From NCBI RefSeq assembly GCF_964188315.1, contig NC_135664.1, positions 31,806,001 through 31,870,000 of the forward strand: DNA of 64,000 bases, in the 5' to 3' direction. Within the stretch, counting starts at the first letter, position 1. The number at the start of each line of letters is the position of its first letter. This stretch comes from Podarcis muralis. Taxonomy: Eukaryota. Shown here piece after piece: positions 36,801-50,650 of the stretch. The position numbers and the translations under genes were made by a program. Under the pieces are notes generated by a model, which searched no databases, was not told the DNA's origin, and saw only the letters and a program-made list of their open reading frames with translations.

Positions 36801-37804
36801 GAGAATAGGACTTTCTAATCTTAAATAAATAAAAATGACCCAAAAGGCTGTTAGGATAGAATCAATGCAACAACTGAGGCTCCAAACAAAAGAACTGCCG
36901 AATTTGCAAAGTACATCTCCTCAAAGAATTGATAGCTTAACCTTACACCAATCACTTCCAACACTGGTCACTAATACTTCAGCAAGATCTCACTTCTATT
37001 AATCACTTCTGTTTAATGGCTTCTCTAATAAAGCTTTAAAATCCACCAGAGCTAAAGCTACTTAATAGCCACATTTGGTTATAACACTGGCCATTAACAA
37101 TGGTTAGTCAAATTAGTTTGTGTACAAGCTGCATGTTAATGCATGCAGTCCAAACACTCCCACTCTGTTCTTGCCTTCCTCCCAGTTGGGAAACAAACCA
37201 TGAAGCAACCTGCTTAACATTACACCCCATGGTTTGCTTCCCTCAAACAAAATACAATCATATACATACAGTCAAAACTCTACGGTTTGTTTTCCCTTTG
37301 AGAGATGAGCAGGAGTGCTCAGGCTGGGCGCACTAGCAAGCAAACAAATTTGACTAACCATAGGCAACAGCCAGAATTATATCCAAACATGGCCATATAA
37401 TTCTTTGCTTCTTCTCACAGGTAGCATAAAATATGTCCAGGGAAACATGGTTTTATGGGGAACATTATTAATAAATGCACCAACGGCAAGCAGATATAAA
37501 AATGAAGCAAATATTAAGAAAAACAACAACTTAAAGCCCGCTTATCATAATAAATGTCTATCATAACCCTAAGACATTAAAGGACCCATCAAAACCCGAC
37601 AGTCATGAAATCTATCTATAAAAGACAATTTCCAACTACATCATGTTATTTCTTATGGGCAAATCACTGCTTTAATTACCTTTCCCAAAAAATAATTAAA
37701 AGCTCATTCGCTGATTTCATATTGCAGCACATTAGAGCTGTATGACCGCTTCATGCAAGTTACTATGGAGCTGAGGAACAACACTGTAACATGCGTGAGG
37801 CTGA

Positions 37805-37866
37805 GGTCATAGAACTGTAAAGTTGGAAGGGACCCCAAGGATCATCTAGTCCAACCCCCTGCAATA
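37805..37866 (-). mobile_element. CR1 or CR1-tailed SINE 3' end fragment
   Basis: catagaactgtaaagttggaagggaccccaaggatcatctagtccaacccc. Confidence 0.7.
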
Positions 37867-38072
37867 AAGGAGTCAAAAGTGAGGATGACATTGAACCCAA
37901 GTTGGGATGCAAAGAACCACATCACCATTTCTGTACGCAGTATGTATGTTTATTTTGATTTGTGTTTGTCAAACAACATTGCTCCATACGACGTGACAAA
38001 CTGCTGTTGAAACAGATAGAAGCTTCAATGGTGATTTGAGGTTGAATCCTGACAAGACAGAAGTACTGTTTT

Positions 38073-38850
38073 GGGGGACAGGAGGCGGGCGGGTGTGGAG
38101 GACTCCCTGGTCCTGAATGGGGCAACTTTGCCCCTGAAAAACCAGGTGTGCAGCCTGGGAGTCATTCTGGACTCACAGCTGTCCATGGAGGCGCAGGTCA
38201 ATTCTGTGTCCAGGGCAGCTGTTTACCAGCTCCATCTGGTCCGCAGGCTGAGACCCTACCTGACTGCAGACTGTCTCTCCACAGTGGTGCATGCTCTAGT
38301 TATCTCTCGCTTGGACTACTGCAATGCGCTCTATGTGGGCTACCTTTGAAAGTGCCCCGGAAACTACAACTAATCCAGAATGCGGCAGCTAGATTGGTGA
38401 CTAGGAGCGGCCGCCGAGACCATATAACACCAGTCTTGAAAGACCGACACTGGCTCCCAGTACGTTTCCAAGCACAATTCAAAGTGTTGGTGCTGACCTT
38501 TAAAGCCCCAAACGGCCTCGGTCCAGTATACCTGAAGGAGCGTCTCCATCTCCATCGTTCTGCCTGGACACTGAGGTCCAGTGCCTAGGGCCTTCTGGCG
38601 GTTCCCTCGCTGCGAGAAGCAAAGCTACAGGGAACCAGGCAGAGGGTCTTCTTGGTAGTGGCACCCACCCTGTGGAACACCCTCCCACCAGATGTCAAAG
38701 AGAAAAATAACTACCAAACTTTTAGAAGACATCTGAAGGCAGCCCTGTTTAGGGAAGCTTTTAATGTTTGATAGGTTATTGTATTTTAGTGTTTTGTTGG
38801 AAGCCGCCCAGAGTGGCTGGGGAAACCCAGCCAGATGGGCGGGGTATAAA

Positions 38851-38889
<39 letters not shown>
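38073..38889 (+). mobile_element. L2-type LINE 3' fragment (RT C-terminus, 3' UTR, (TTA)n tail)
   Basis: Translates LGVILDSQLSMEAQV...LVISRLDYCNALY and, after a frameshift, LQLIQNAAARLVT...HWLPV. Ends in (TTA)n. Confidence 0.9.
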
Positions 38890-40354
38890 GTGAAATGAGA
38901 GAGGGCTCCACTGCAAAATCCAACTGGGCACACTCAGGACCTTGGACACAGCTAAAGCAGCATTGTCCGCACCTCCATATACCTATGTTTGTGTACAGAT
39001 GCATATATTTTAAAGACAAAGTTAGCAAGGAATCTATCAATTTAAATCATTAGTTGATGTCACAACCTTTATGAAATCTAATTCTCTCCTTTAAAAAAAG
39101 TCACACAGTGCATACTTTAATGTCATGCCAGCTGTTGTATTTCTAGAATGAACATATAAAGCTGGAAGTATAAAACCGGTCATCTTCTATGAAGATCAAA
39201 TCTTCCTCTACGAGGATGTTTGAGAAAACCTGCATACACATAATTGATCAAAAGGGAGTCACAAAAGGATGAAATATTTTGCAGAAGCATATGCTAATTC
39301 ACTGCACCAAGCTCTAAGACCCAGTGCTTTCAGCAAAGGACCATAAAACTGTTGAAATGATAGAGATGCTCTTGGGCTGCTGTTTGCTCAAAGCAGAAAT
39401 GCAGAACAGCACGTTATACACAGGGGGGCTGGGAGAAGAAGAGCAGGAAGTTCTTTAAAAGGAAATTAGGCATTTAATTGCTGTAAACCTGAATGCATCT
39501 TGAACTTTCAAAGGGTGAGATTTCTCCTCCTCTTTCTATTGCACATTTCCTCAGCTGTATTTTAATGGAGGGTGTGCTATTGGTGGATAAAAATGGGAAC
39601 AGGCACAAACCACAAACACCTGCCCTATCTTTGCACCAGCTCCTCCATTCATCAAACAGATTGTCATCTTGCTACTACAGATTAGAATCAATGTCCTGCC
39701 TCTTCGTTATTACCATTATTTCTCTTCCTTCAAAAGTATCCTTTGCTAGAATATATTCTGCCCGATCATCTTTTATTAGAGCACATTTTTTAAAAAAACA
39801 GGCTTTGAGTGTATTCCGGTGCATGTTCATACACGATGCATCTGGATGTCATTTCGGTCAGGATGCAGAAACATAATAGCGTCGCTGAGGACATGAGACA
39901 ATAGCCCTATCTATCCATCAGTGAGGAAGCGGGGGAAACAAAGTATTTATTTTCAGCTTCTTTCACACATAAGGAAATCTAAATAGAGATTGAAAACAGC
40001 ATTTTCTGTAATGCATGAAAATGAGCTGCACTTCCATCAGAAGGCATTAAAGATTCACCCTCAATTTGGCAAGAACATTGGCTCAAGATGCTTATGTCAA
40101 TAGAGTTGTTTGCATTTTAGACCCAAGTTTAAATCACTGTGGGAAAGGTGCGTTGCAAAGCTTTGCTATAAGGAATATAGAGAACTGGGTTTTATTTGGG
40201 CAGAAGGGGCACGCAGAGGTCCATATGAGAAAACACAAGCAGATCAAGCAATAGCATACACTGGCTGAATTCCAGGACAGTAAAACTTCTACTGGCATTG
40301 CAACCTATCACCCAGGATTGTGCTTGAAATATAAAAAAATTATGTACCAGAAGA

Positions 40355-40689
40355 AACCACAGAGCCTAGGACTTGCCGATCAGAAGGTCGGCAGTTCGAA
40401 TCCCTGCGATGGGGTGAGCTCCCGTTGCTCGATCCCTGCTCCTGCCAACCTAGCAATTCGAAAGCACGTCAAAGTGCAAGTAGATAAATAGGTACCGCTC
40501 CGGCAGGAAGGTAAACTGCATTTCTGTGCGCTGCTCTGGTTCGCCAGAAGCGGCTTAGTCATGCTGGGCACATGACCCGGAAGCTGTACACCGGCTCCCT
40601 CGGCCAATAAAGCGAGATGAGTGCCGCAACCCCAGAGTCGGCCACGACTGGACCTAATGGTCAGGGGTCCCTTTACCTTTACCTTTACT
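40355..40689 (+). mobile_element. Sauria SINE, slightly 5'-truncated
   Basis: TSD AGAAGAAAC at 40349-40357 and 40690-40698. (ACCTTT)n tail. Confidence 0.92.
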
Positions 40690-40909
40690 AGAAGAAACAA
40701 AATGTCTTCTTTTGCACCAAGGAACTTCTTTTGGTTCAATAGATTTGGGATAGAACCAGGGCTGTTTTTCAGCCAGAACTCAGTTCTGGCACCTCTTCAG
40801 GTGGGCACCATTGCCATTATAAGAAAACAAGGGAAGTATTCATTGTAAGCACTGGGTAGTATCTGTGATACTCAACACAGGGATGTCAGAAAACCTAGCA
40901 GCCCTATAC

Positions 40910-41228
40910 TATGGGTAGGCAAACTAAGGCCCGGTGGCCAGATCCAGCCCAATCACCTTCTCAATCCGGCCCACAGATGGTCCGGGAATCAGCATGTTTT
41001 TACATGAGTATGTGTCCTTTTATTTAAAATGCATCTCTGGGTTATTTGTGGGGTCTGCCTGGTGTTTTTACATGAGTAGAATGTGCACTTTTATTTAAAA
41101 TACATCTCTGTGTTATTTGTGGGCCATAGATATTTGTTCATTCCCCCCCCCCCAAATATAGTCTGAGCCCCCACAAGGTCTGAGGGACAGTGGACCGGCC
41201 CCCTGCTGAAAAAGTTTGCTGACCCCTG
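40910..41228. mobile_element. hAT-type MITE
   Basis: Termini ...GGGTAGGCAAACT / AGTTTGCTGACCCCTG. 8-bp TSD ccctatac/ccccatac (7/8 match). Internal tandem duplication. Confidence 0.75.
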
Positions 41229-44200
41229 CCCCATACTATTTCCACGCTTCCTGTAATATCTAGTCACCTGTGTGATTCTCCTGCATTTCCCCACCTGCGA
41301 TGACAAGTGCTGAGCAGTAAACACAGGAGATTGACATGGTCAAGTCTGACCAAATACCACCAGTGTGCCTCAGTTGTGTGTATACCCTGAATGACGACGC
41401 AAACTGGGGTGATTTGAGTCATGACCTCATGCTTCCATATCAGACTGCATCATTAACAAGGTGTGTCGAGGTGTATCATGGAATTGCCTTGGTTTTTTCA
41501 TCATCATCATCAACAACAACAACAAGTTAATCAGAATGCACAACCTCACCTCTATCTTTTTCTGTACAGTTTCAGTCCAAAAAAAGATGCCTTCTGCCTT
41601 CTATCATTATGGGAGCTAAGAAATTGCTTCCTGTTTATTTAAACTCATTTTTTAGCTTATTATTTTATCAAATTAAAATATTTTAATTTTTACTGTGATT
41701 GCACAGATATTTTTTTAAAAAACAGAAATCATTTTCAGCTCCAAATCAGAAATGCAAACCCACTGCTAGGTTAGGGTTTGCAGCTGCAAAACGACACACT
41801 CAAATCTCTCTGGTAACTTCCTGGTAAAACAGGAAAGCTGATGGCAGGAAGGTGGCGCAAGCAGGTGAAATTAGCCAACTATCTGGTAATACCCTACATC
41901 CCCATCACTACATTTTTTCTATGCGAAGTTGGGGGTGAGAGGGAGGAGACGGGTGGGGGTCAGCAATTTCCCACCAATCTTCCATCTCACCAGCGAACCT
42001 GAAAGCAGATAAAAGGGCTTCTGTACTTGTTTAAATCTTCACAAGAGAAAGAGAGAAGCATTGTACGGAGGGAGGCAAAGGAGATCTCAGAAGCCTCTAG
42101 GAATGATTGAAGAGGTACTTTCCAAGAAGAACCACTATTTCATGCTTTCTGTGTGGAAGGAACATAAAGGATGCACAGAAGACATGAAATGTTAAAGCCA
42201 GACAGGTACAGATGCTAACTTTCCAGAAGCAAAAGAAACTGGAATAGTGGAGCTCTAAGTATCTTCAGTCTAGAAGAGCCAAGAAAGCAACAGCTTTATT
42301 GATATAGGAGGGCCCCAAAATGGTAGAAAACCCTTTTTAGCCTGGACTAAGGGAGAAACTAAGAAATGAAAAGGCAAGGGATAAACACAATCAGCCAGGC
42401 TCTGCCGTCTTTGACACATATGTTGGGAGAGACTAGTACATATTCAATTATTTAGTTATTATTTGTACATGTATCAACCTGAACCTGAATTTCCCCCATA
42501 TTGGATTATTGGGTTTCTGTATCCAAATAAGCAAACTTGAAATCACATTTTTTGGGGTTCCAAGGATACAGGAAACAGGAAAATACCTTTTTATTTTAAA
42601 CAGCATTGAAGTGTTTCCTGCTCAAATCTGTCATTGCAATTATGTTAGTCAAAATCATATGCTAGGTTTTGTAACTGGTGACAAAGTATGGAACATCTCA
42701 ATTTATTCAGCTATCACTAACGTCCCACACTCCTATCTCTAAGGACAAACACATCCAGGATGCCTGTTAGCTTAATACTAGGCTCTGAGGACTTATTTCC
42801 ATTATAACTGAATTTGGAAAATTGTTTAAAATGCCATAGTCTCTGAGAACAAACTCGTTTGCTCAAGTTGGAGGGAAATTGAGATGGGAGAAAAGAAATG
42901 TTTTATTTCTTTTCGGAGCTCAGCTGCACTATCAGCCTCAATTTAACAATAAGTTAAAACTGTACCCTTGGTCATCAACACATCATGCCAGTTTTTATTC
43001 TCTGGCATTTAAGGCACCCGTGCTCAGAAACTCCCTTCATATAGCCATAGCTTTCTTAGCTGTGTAAAGCTTTGTCCTCAAGGCAACCATTCTAGATCCT
43101 TATTTTTAATGAAGGCACAAATTCCCAAGAAAGGACTCGTGAATATAGTTTGCTGCATGCATTTTACAAGCAGAGAGAAAATTGCATTTCCAAGACAGTA
43201 TGCATCCAATTATAAGGAAATGAGTTACAACAAGATGGCAATAAGTACGGGTATAATAAAGACAACCTCAATTAAAAGTTACATTGGGAAAGATACACTA
43301 TAATATACATTAATAGCCTTTTCAAAATCTAAACAGAGTGGAATGGGAGAAATAGAAAGTTATTATTAGGGGAAAAGATGAGTCATTAGCTTTTTCCTAA
43401 CTAGCATGGCTTTGATCAATGGCATCCCAGAACAAGCATTACAAAGCAAAAACATTTCACATAAGCTTTACAAATGGCCTTTAAAAAAATCCTTTTAATC
43501 TTCTGTGTCTTCAAGTGATCATATAAAAAAGCTTGCTTTTTTCCAAGGGTAATGCCTCAGGTTTCATTTCAAGGCTCTTCCTAACCCCTACTTTGTCTTT
43601 TTTTAAAAAATAAAAATAAAACAAACAGCATACCTCTTTTCATATTTCACACATACTTATTAATGTTCATGTTCACTTTATTCTTAATAATGTATCACGT
43701 CCAGACTGTCTCTCGCTTTCTGCTGTGTTATGCTGGCCACAATGAACTTTGGACATTATTTTATCCAGCAAGCTTCCTACATGCAGAGAATCTTCAGATG
43801 AACAAAACAATAAATAAACAGAAATGAAACCAAGAAAGTATATTTTCATAAAAGAAACTGACCATTCTGGTTTTCAAATGGGCAACAATTTCTGTGAGCT
43901 CTCGGAACGGTACCACATATGAACATCTTGCACAGAGTGATGACGGGAGAAATTTTATTCAGTCTGCTGAGAACAATTCTAATTTTCAGAACAGCGTTCC
44001 TAATAATATTTATTGTACACTAATAAGCTACATGCTATTCATTTGAAGTGCTTGGGACTGTATCAAACACTCTCTGTATGCTTGCACCAGAGTCCAAGGC
44101 AACAGTTACACTAACAGAAACTTGGTGCACCAACACTGCCCAAACTATTGAGCAACAAAGTTCACTGCTAATTGCCATTAACGGAGTGCTACATTGGATA

Positions 44201-44433
44201 CAACTCCCTGCTTCCAAGCACTTGTTAACAATAACTTTGTTATTTTCCTTGCAATGGCAATACACATGACATTAGAAAGACTTAGTTCAGGAATTTTAGC
44301 ACACACAACTCCTTGGTTAGTGAAACAGGCACTTCTTCCAAACACAGGCAGCTGCCTTTTACCTAGTAAGACTAGGTAAATCTAGCTCAGTTTATCTAGC
44401 TCAGCATCTAACAGTTGTTTTGTTTTATATATT

Positions 44434-44675
44434 CAGTGGTACCTCGGGTTAAATACTTAATTCGTTCTGGAGATCCGTTCTTAACCTGAAACTGTTCTTA
44501 ACCTGAAGCACCACTTTAGCTAATGGGGCCTCCTGCTGCCGCCGTGCTGCCGGAGCACGATTTCTGTTCTCATCCTGAAGCAAAGTTCTTAACCCGAGGT
44601 ACTATTTCTGGGTTAGCGGAGTCTGTAACCTGAAGTGTATGTAACCTAAAGTGTATGTAACCCGAGGTACCACTG
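44434..44675. mobile_element. CAGTGGTACCTC-family Tc1/mariner MITE
   Basis: TIRs cagtggtacctcgggtt / aacccgaggtaccactg, with TA on the right. Confidence 0.9.
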
Positions 44676-45071
44676 TATATTTTTATTAAAGATTTCTTGG
44701 TTTACAAAAGTATGTGCAATGTCTCATTTTTCAAGTTACATTTTCTACAGATCAGTTTCATTTGTTGAGACATTAGTGTTACATTAGGAAGAAAAGTGGG
44801 AAAGAGGAGGAGGGGGCATGGTGTGGGATGTGGTCGGGTGGCAATGCTTCTGTTCTACTTAGTGTATGTGTGGGGTTTTGCGTCAGACTCACTTATGTGG
44901 GTTCTCTTTACTATTCGCTTGTGTTCCTTTGGTGGTGAGAGGGGTTGGGGTTGGCCCAGGGTGTGGTTGTTTGCTTTGTGATTGGCTGTGGTGAACTTTG
45001 TTTTCATGTATGAGTGGGGTGGCGACTGCCCTCCAGGGTTTCAGTCAGGAGGCATTCCCTAGCTGAAGGGG

Positions 45072-45073
<2 letters not shown>

Positions 45074-45110
<37 letters not shown>

Positions 45111-45541
45111 ATAATAAAATTATTTATACCCCGCCCATCTGGCTGGGTTTCCCCAGCCACTCAGGGTGGCTTCCAACAAAACACTAAAATACAATAACCT
45201 ATTAAACATTAAAAGCTTCCCTAAACAGGGCTGCCTTCAGATGTCTTCTAAAAGTCTGGTAGTTATTTTTCTCTTTGACATCTGATGGGAGGGCGTTCCA
45301 CAGTGCAGGTGCCACTACTGAGAAGGCCCTCTGCCTGGCTCCCTGTAACTTGGCTTCTCGCAGTGAGGGAACCGCCAGAAAGCCCTCGGCGCTGGACCTC
45401 AGTGTCCGGGCAGAATGATGGAGATGGAGACGCTCCTTCAGGTTTACTGGACCGAGGCCATTTAGGGCTTTAAAGGTCAGCACCAACACTTTGAATTGTG
45501 CTCAGAAACATACTGGGAGCCAGTGTAGGTCTTTCAAGACC
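45074..45541 (-). mobile_element. L2-type LINE 3' fragment with (AGT)n/(AAT)n tail
   Basis: ORF 45202-45489 (LVLTFKALNGLGP...WNALP) matches the 3' part of the copy at 38073-38889. Confidence 0.9.
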
Positions 45542-46228
45542 AATTTTCTGGGGCTGCAACCATAAATTTTCTGTATGCAAAACATATGCTCGGCCGCTAA
45601 GCTGCAATCCTTGAAAAGGAACAGAGTGTTGCTAGGAAGAGTCATCTCAAACACTTCTTCAAGCAAAACACTGTCTGTGGCTGTCCTATTTCAGCACTTG
45701 GAAAACTCAGATCTGATACATGGTGTGTCATAGTGCAGTGTCTCCTGATTTCTGCAGCAACAGATAACACTCATGCTGATGGAGAAGTTATTGATTGTTC
45801 TGCCTGGTGAATATGTTCAGCCACGGCGTTACTCAAACATCTCTGGCATATGCTGAGCTAGTTTTCTTGCTGCACCTACTGAACCATGTTCCAGCAGTCA
45901 ATCATACTGCTGTCAAATGGGATGTGCATCACAAAGCCTGAAAAAACAAGTGTGCAATAAAAGAGAGGCATGGGCGTCAGACGCAATGACTCCCTCAACA
46001 CAAAAGCCCATCCACTAAGGTGGCTCCTGAAGGAACATGACAGAAATCTTCAGCTATCTTGCAGAGGTGATCTTGAAACACAGCAGCCACAAGTGCCTGA
46101 TCAGTTCATAAAGAAATCTCATCCCTTCTGATATTGGTCATTTTTACACAAGTAATGTTACTTTATTCAGAAATAAAGCACAAGCAAAAATAATGAAAAC
46201 TCCATTCAGGGCCATTTCTGTTGTCATA

Positions 46229-46592
46229 AAAAGGTAAAGGTAAAGGTACCCCTGCCCGTATGGGCCAGTCTTGACAGACTCTGGGGTTGTGCGCCCATCT
46301 CACTCAAGAGGCCGGGGGCCAGCGCTGTCCGGAGACACTTCCGGGTCACGTGGCCAGCGTGACATCGCTGCTCTGGCGAGCCAGCGCAGCACACGGAAAC
46401 GCCGTTTACCTTCCCGCTGGTAAGCGGTCCCTATTTATCTACTTGCACCCGGGAGTGCTTTCGAACTGCTAGGTTGGCAGGCGCTGGGACCGAACAACGG
46501 GAGCGCACCCCGCAGCGGGCATTTGAACCGCGACCTTTCGATCGGCAAGCCCTAGGCGCTGAGGCTTTTACCCACAGCGCCACCCGCGTCCA
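46229..46592 (-). mobile_element. Sauria SINE, full length, young subfamily
   Basis: 13-bp TSD TTCTGTTGTCATA at 46216-46228 and 46593-46605. CpG-rich. Confidence 0.95.
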
Positions 46593-46832
46593 TTCTGTTG
46601 TCATAGCCCTTTGTAAATTATACCAAACACCGCCAGGAACGGAGAAGGACTTTAGATACATAGTGATATCTAAAACTATTACTATGAAACCATTTGTAAA
46701 CAAGTGATAGTAAAACTATTGCTATGAAACTTAGTGAGGAAAAGATCAAGGTGTGGCCAATCTCTGACACATAGGCAGGTTGTGACGCTGCATCCATCAG
46801 TTGTCAGGAAAGGAAAACTTACAGCACAGATA

Positions 46833-47046
46833 CAGAAGTACCTCGGGTGAAGAACTTAACTTGTTCTGGAGGTCCATTCTTAACCTGAAACTGTTCTTAA
46901 CCTGAGGTACCACTTTAGCTAATGGGGCCTCCCGCTGCGCCACGTGATTTCTGTTCTCATCCTGAAGCAAAGTTCTTAACCTGAGGTACTATTTCTGGGT
47001 TAGCGGAGTCTGTAACCTGAAGCATCTATAACCCGAGGTACCACTG
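46833..47046. mobile_element. CAGTGGTACCTC-family MITE
   Basis: TA flanks and TIRs. Confidence 0.88.
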
Positions 47047-47160
47047 TATTAGGTCAGCTTCCCAGATTTCACAGACATTCTTTACTTGCTTTTAGCATTT
47101 AAAGGTAGGGAGCCTCAGCAATATTCAGGCAGAACAGGATAGTAAACAATGGTATGACTA

Positions 47161-47680
47161 CCGTATTTTTCGCACTATAGGACGCACCGGTCCATAGGAC
47201 GCACCTAGATTTGGGGGGGGGAATAAAGGGGGAAAATTTATCCCCCCCCCCGCCAGGCGCGGGGCTGGGGCGGGGGAAGCCCGAGCTTCCCCCTCCCCCA
47301 GAACGGGACCCAGAGCCATGCCGAAGCTGCGCGCAGCTTTGGCATTGCTCTGGGAGCTTGCGGGGCTGGGGAAGGAGGAAGCCCTCCGCCAGCCTCCAAA
47401 CCATGTCGGGAGACAGCGGGATGGCGCGCTGCGCCTCTCCCGCTGTCCCCCGAGTTTGCTGGGCTGGCGACGGGGAGGAGCAGGCTTCTCCCCCCCGCCA
47501 GCCTTCTAGCCAAGTCGGGGGACAGCGGGATGGCGGCGTTCCGCCTCCCTGCTGTCCCCCGAGCTTGTGGGGCTGGCGGTGGGGCTCTCCTGAAGCCTGC
47601 ATTCGCACCATAGGACGCACACACATTTCCCCTTCATTTTTGGAGGGGGAAAAGTGCGTCCTATAGTGCAAAAAATACGG
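47161..47680. mobile_element. CCGTATTTTTC-family MITE, opposite orientation to 31996-32456 and different interior
   Basis: TIRs ccgtatttttcgcactatagg / cctatagtgcaaaaaatacgg, with TA on both sides. Confidence 0.88.
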
Positions 47681-48043
47681 TAATTGCTGAATGTTTGTCA
47701 CTGGATGAATGGACAGTCTGTTAATTTTTAGGTTAACAGCTTAAGTCAATTTTAATTTCCTGGGCTTTTAATAGATGATGAATTTTGTACTTCTGTTCTG
47801 AGATTTTACTGCTTTATTGCTCCACCCCCTCCTTTTTTCTTTTTTCTTTTTGCTATGAAAAAGCAAAACTGAGTTTAATTTATTTAATTTATGAACTGAG
47901 TTTAATTTATTGTCTTGGCTGAATTGTTGTTAGTCACCTTGGGAGTTTTATACTGAAAAGTGAACTAAATAGTTTTAAATATATAAACAGTGCTAAAGGG
48001 ATGGAAATTATTTTCACATGGCAGATCTACAGACCCGCTATAC

Positions 48044-49112
48044 TGTCAAGGACTGGTTGGACACAGAGGAGTCATGGGATGAACCAAGTGAGGAATGGCC
48101 AAGGGAAGAAAGCTCTGAGCCTGGGAAATGGTGGGTGGTCACAGGGAGAAGACTGGGAAGAGGAGGTGTCAGGGACTAGACAGAGGAGGAATGGTGGAGA
48201 CTGCCTCACCCTCCTCAACCTTCCAGAGAAGAGGAAGACAGTATAGATTTACAGCAGTGGTTTGTGGAAGGTCACGGCTCAGAGGTAGATGAGGGGCAAA
48301 GTTGCACAATAATGGGAGAGGAGGAGGGGGAAGCAGAGCTGGGGCAGCTGGCTGACACGTTATCACTAGAAAGCATCCCAGACTTCCCTTCTCCCAGGAC
48401 TCGGCAAGCATTGAAAGTAGGAGAGCAAAGGGCTGTGAGACAAATGGCCTTAAGCGGCTGCCGTAAGGTGGGTGCTGCTGCTGACAATTGAGGAGAGAAG
48501 GAGGGTGGAGATTACTTGGAACAACGCCATTACTCCAAGAGGCTGCAATTCTAAGCCTCTCTCTGTGAATATTGAATAAAAGACATTGGTAAGAGCTTTC
48601 CTCGTCAATCTATTCCTGGCAGCCTACCGTGGGGCGGGGGGGGGGGGGGAGATCGGATTCCCTGATGCCTGACAGGGATAACATGGCTCAGTGAGTTGGG
48701 AGAGTCTGCGGCAGGTCGGGGTCAATAGTTGGAGGCAGAGGTTGAAGCAGGTGAGTGGGAAGGGGGAGGCCAAGAGGCAGAGATGAATCAGGCTAGTGAA
48801 GAGTCACGGGGCCTTCCCCGTCCTGCTGCAACAAGCTCCCATCCCCCTGTCTCCCCAAACCAGGAGAGGGCTGAAACGGGTGGAGTAAAGATAGGCTGCA
48901 TGCAGACGTAGTCTCTGATTGCTTGCATGAAGACCTGGAGAGGAGGAAACGTAGATGGCAGTGGGGGTGGGGAGCACTTTTAGTCTCCGCAACTGATTTC
49001 ATGGAGTACGGCCTACAGGGCATGAACTGCTGTGCTCATTAGGCCTGAAACCCAGTCAACCCGGGGAAGTTTGTGTTTCTCTATGGTTTACTGTCCAGTT
49101 TGCTCCATGACA
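48044..49112 (+). mobile_element. Solo LTR (8095 family) interrupted by a second LTR
   Basis: TGTCA...TGACA termini with flanks tatac/aatac. 48044-48166 and 48675 onward align with the 8095 LTR. Confidence 0.65.
48167..48674 (+). mobile_element. Nested solo LTR of a related subfamily
   Basis: TGTCAGG...CCTGACA termini, AATAAA near 48576, acidic/basic frame in U3. Confidence 0.7.
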
Positions 49113-50650
49113 AATACCTATAACAGATGCTTTTCAACAATGCGCCACCTAATGTGAAGTACTGGGTGGGGCAAAGTGGGGCTTCACCACTCACATGCTT
49201 CTTCCAAATCAAGTTGGACTGTATCGGTATTGAAACTAGCCAATGTGTCATGAAACAGTGGAGTCAATTTTGAATTCCCACTATATTATGTTTTGATCAG
49301 CCTGAAATACTATGCATTAGAGCCAAATTTTGTGTGTCAACTATGAGGCAAGTGATTCTTTTAAACAGCTATACTGAATGTCAAGTTTAACGCAAAAATA
49401 ATGGGGTCAAAAGTGGTAGTGATCTGCATTGTTGTTTAGGAGGAAGAAGCAGTAGTGTCAAAGAGGCCATGCCAAAAGTCATGTGAAGCACAATGGCAAA
49501 CCTAAGGGAAGACTAACTATACCACAGCAAGAATGTGAACAAGTGTTAATATACTTTATAAATGCAACAAATATATCTCATTCCACAATTAATAAATAGT
49601 TTAGCAATGTATTTTAAACTAAAAGCTATGTAAAATGTTATATTTGGTCTCACTTAAAGTAAGCACCAAAGTTATTTCACTTAATAGTGACAAATCCCAA
49701 ATTAGTGTACACAGATGCCCTCTACTGGTAGAAACTGGGGGGAAATTATAGAGGAAGAAAATGTATATTTGCATTTGATTTTTTCCAAATGCATCTGAGT
49801 CAACATATAAAATCAATCTTCCTTTTGCTAAGGGGTTTCAGCAGACAACAACAAAATTTAAAAAATAGCAACTAAGAAACCTCTGCCTAATAAAATCCTG
49901 TATTATACTATATTAAAACACAACTAAACCAGTGCAATGAGCCTAAGCATCTGTGCTGTGTCTTCATTGCTGATGTAATGCAGGGTCTAGCCTTTTGTCT
50001 GATAACAAATTCTGCAGACAAGAGACCCCAGAAGTCCATTTTAGTGGCACACTTGCACATTAATGGTCATGCATGAGACAGATATGCATTTCCTTTTCGC
50101 TTCCCTCATATACTGGTTTTTATTATTAAAGAGGCTAATAACATAAATAATGCAAGGTCCATGAATAGTACATTGTATGTTATTTTAAAAATTTATGAGT
50201 GTCTTTCTTTAAAATAATAATAATAGTAAGTTGCTGCTTGCTTTTTATCCCTTAAAACCCATGCTTGGGCGAACTAGAATCTCTGCAAAGCAATTATGAA
50301 AGTGCCCTTTTGTCTGGGTCTTCCCAGCCTCTGAAGCACAGCAGAGGCGGCAGAAGGTAGGTGGGCCAAGAAGGGCAACCTAAAAGAAGCAGATGTTTCC
50401 GTGACGGCCCCGAGCTTATACAAGGAACAAAATAATTCCAATGGTTATTTATACCATAACTGCAAGCTTTAAAAATAAATTCTCATATAAGGCCTTTCAA
50501 AACACTGAGCAATGTGAAGATCAAATGTATTTTTAACAATTAAAGAACGAAGCAGCATCCAATTATTGTAAGATTCCAGATGCATTGCAGGCATTCTGGT
50601 GCATATGATTACTCTGGCAAGAGCCCATTTAACAGATAGGTTTAGAGATA

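Noticed and set aside
47099-47701. 200-aa and overlapping ORFs (also 32039-32488 and 33502-33879)
   Set aside because: They lie in GC-rich, palindromic MITE interiors that are naturally stop-poor. No transposase motifs.
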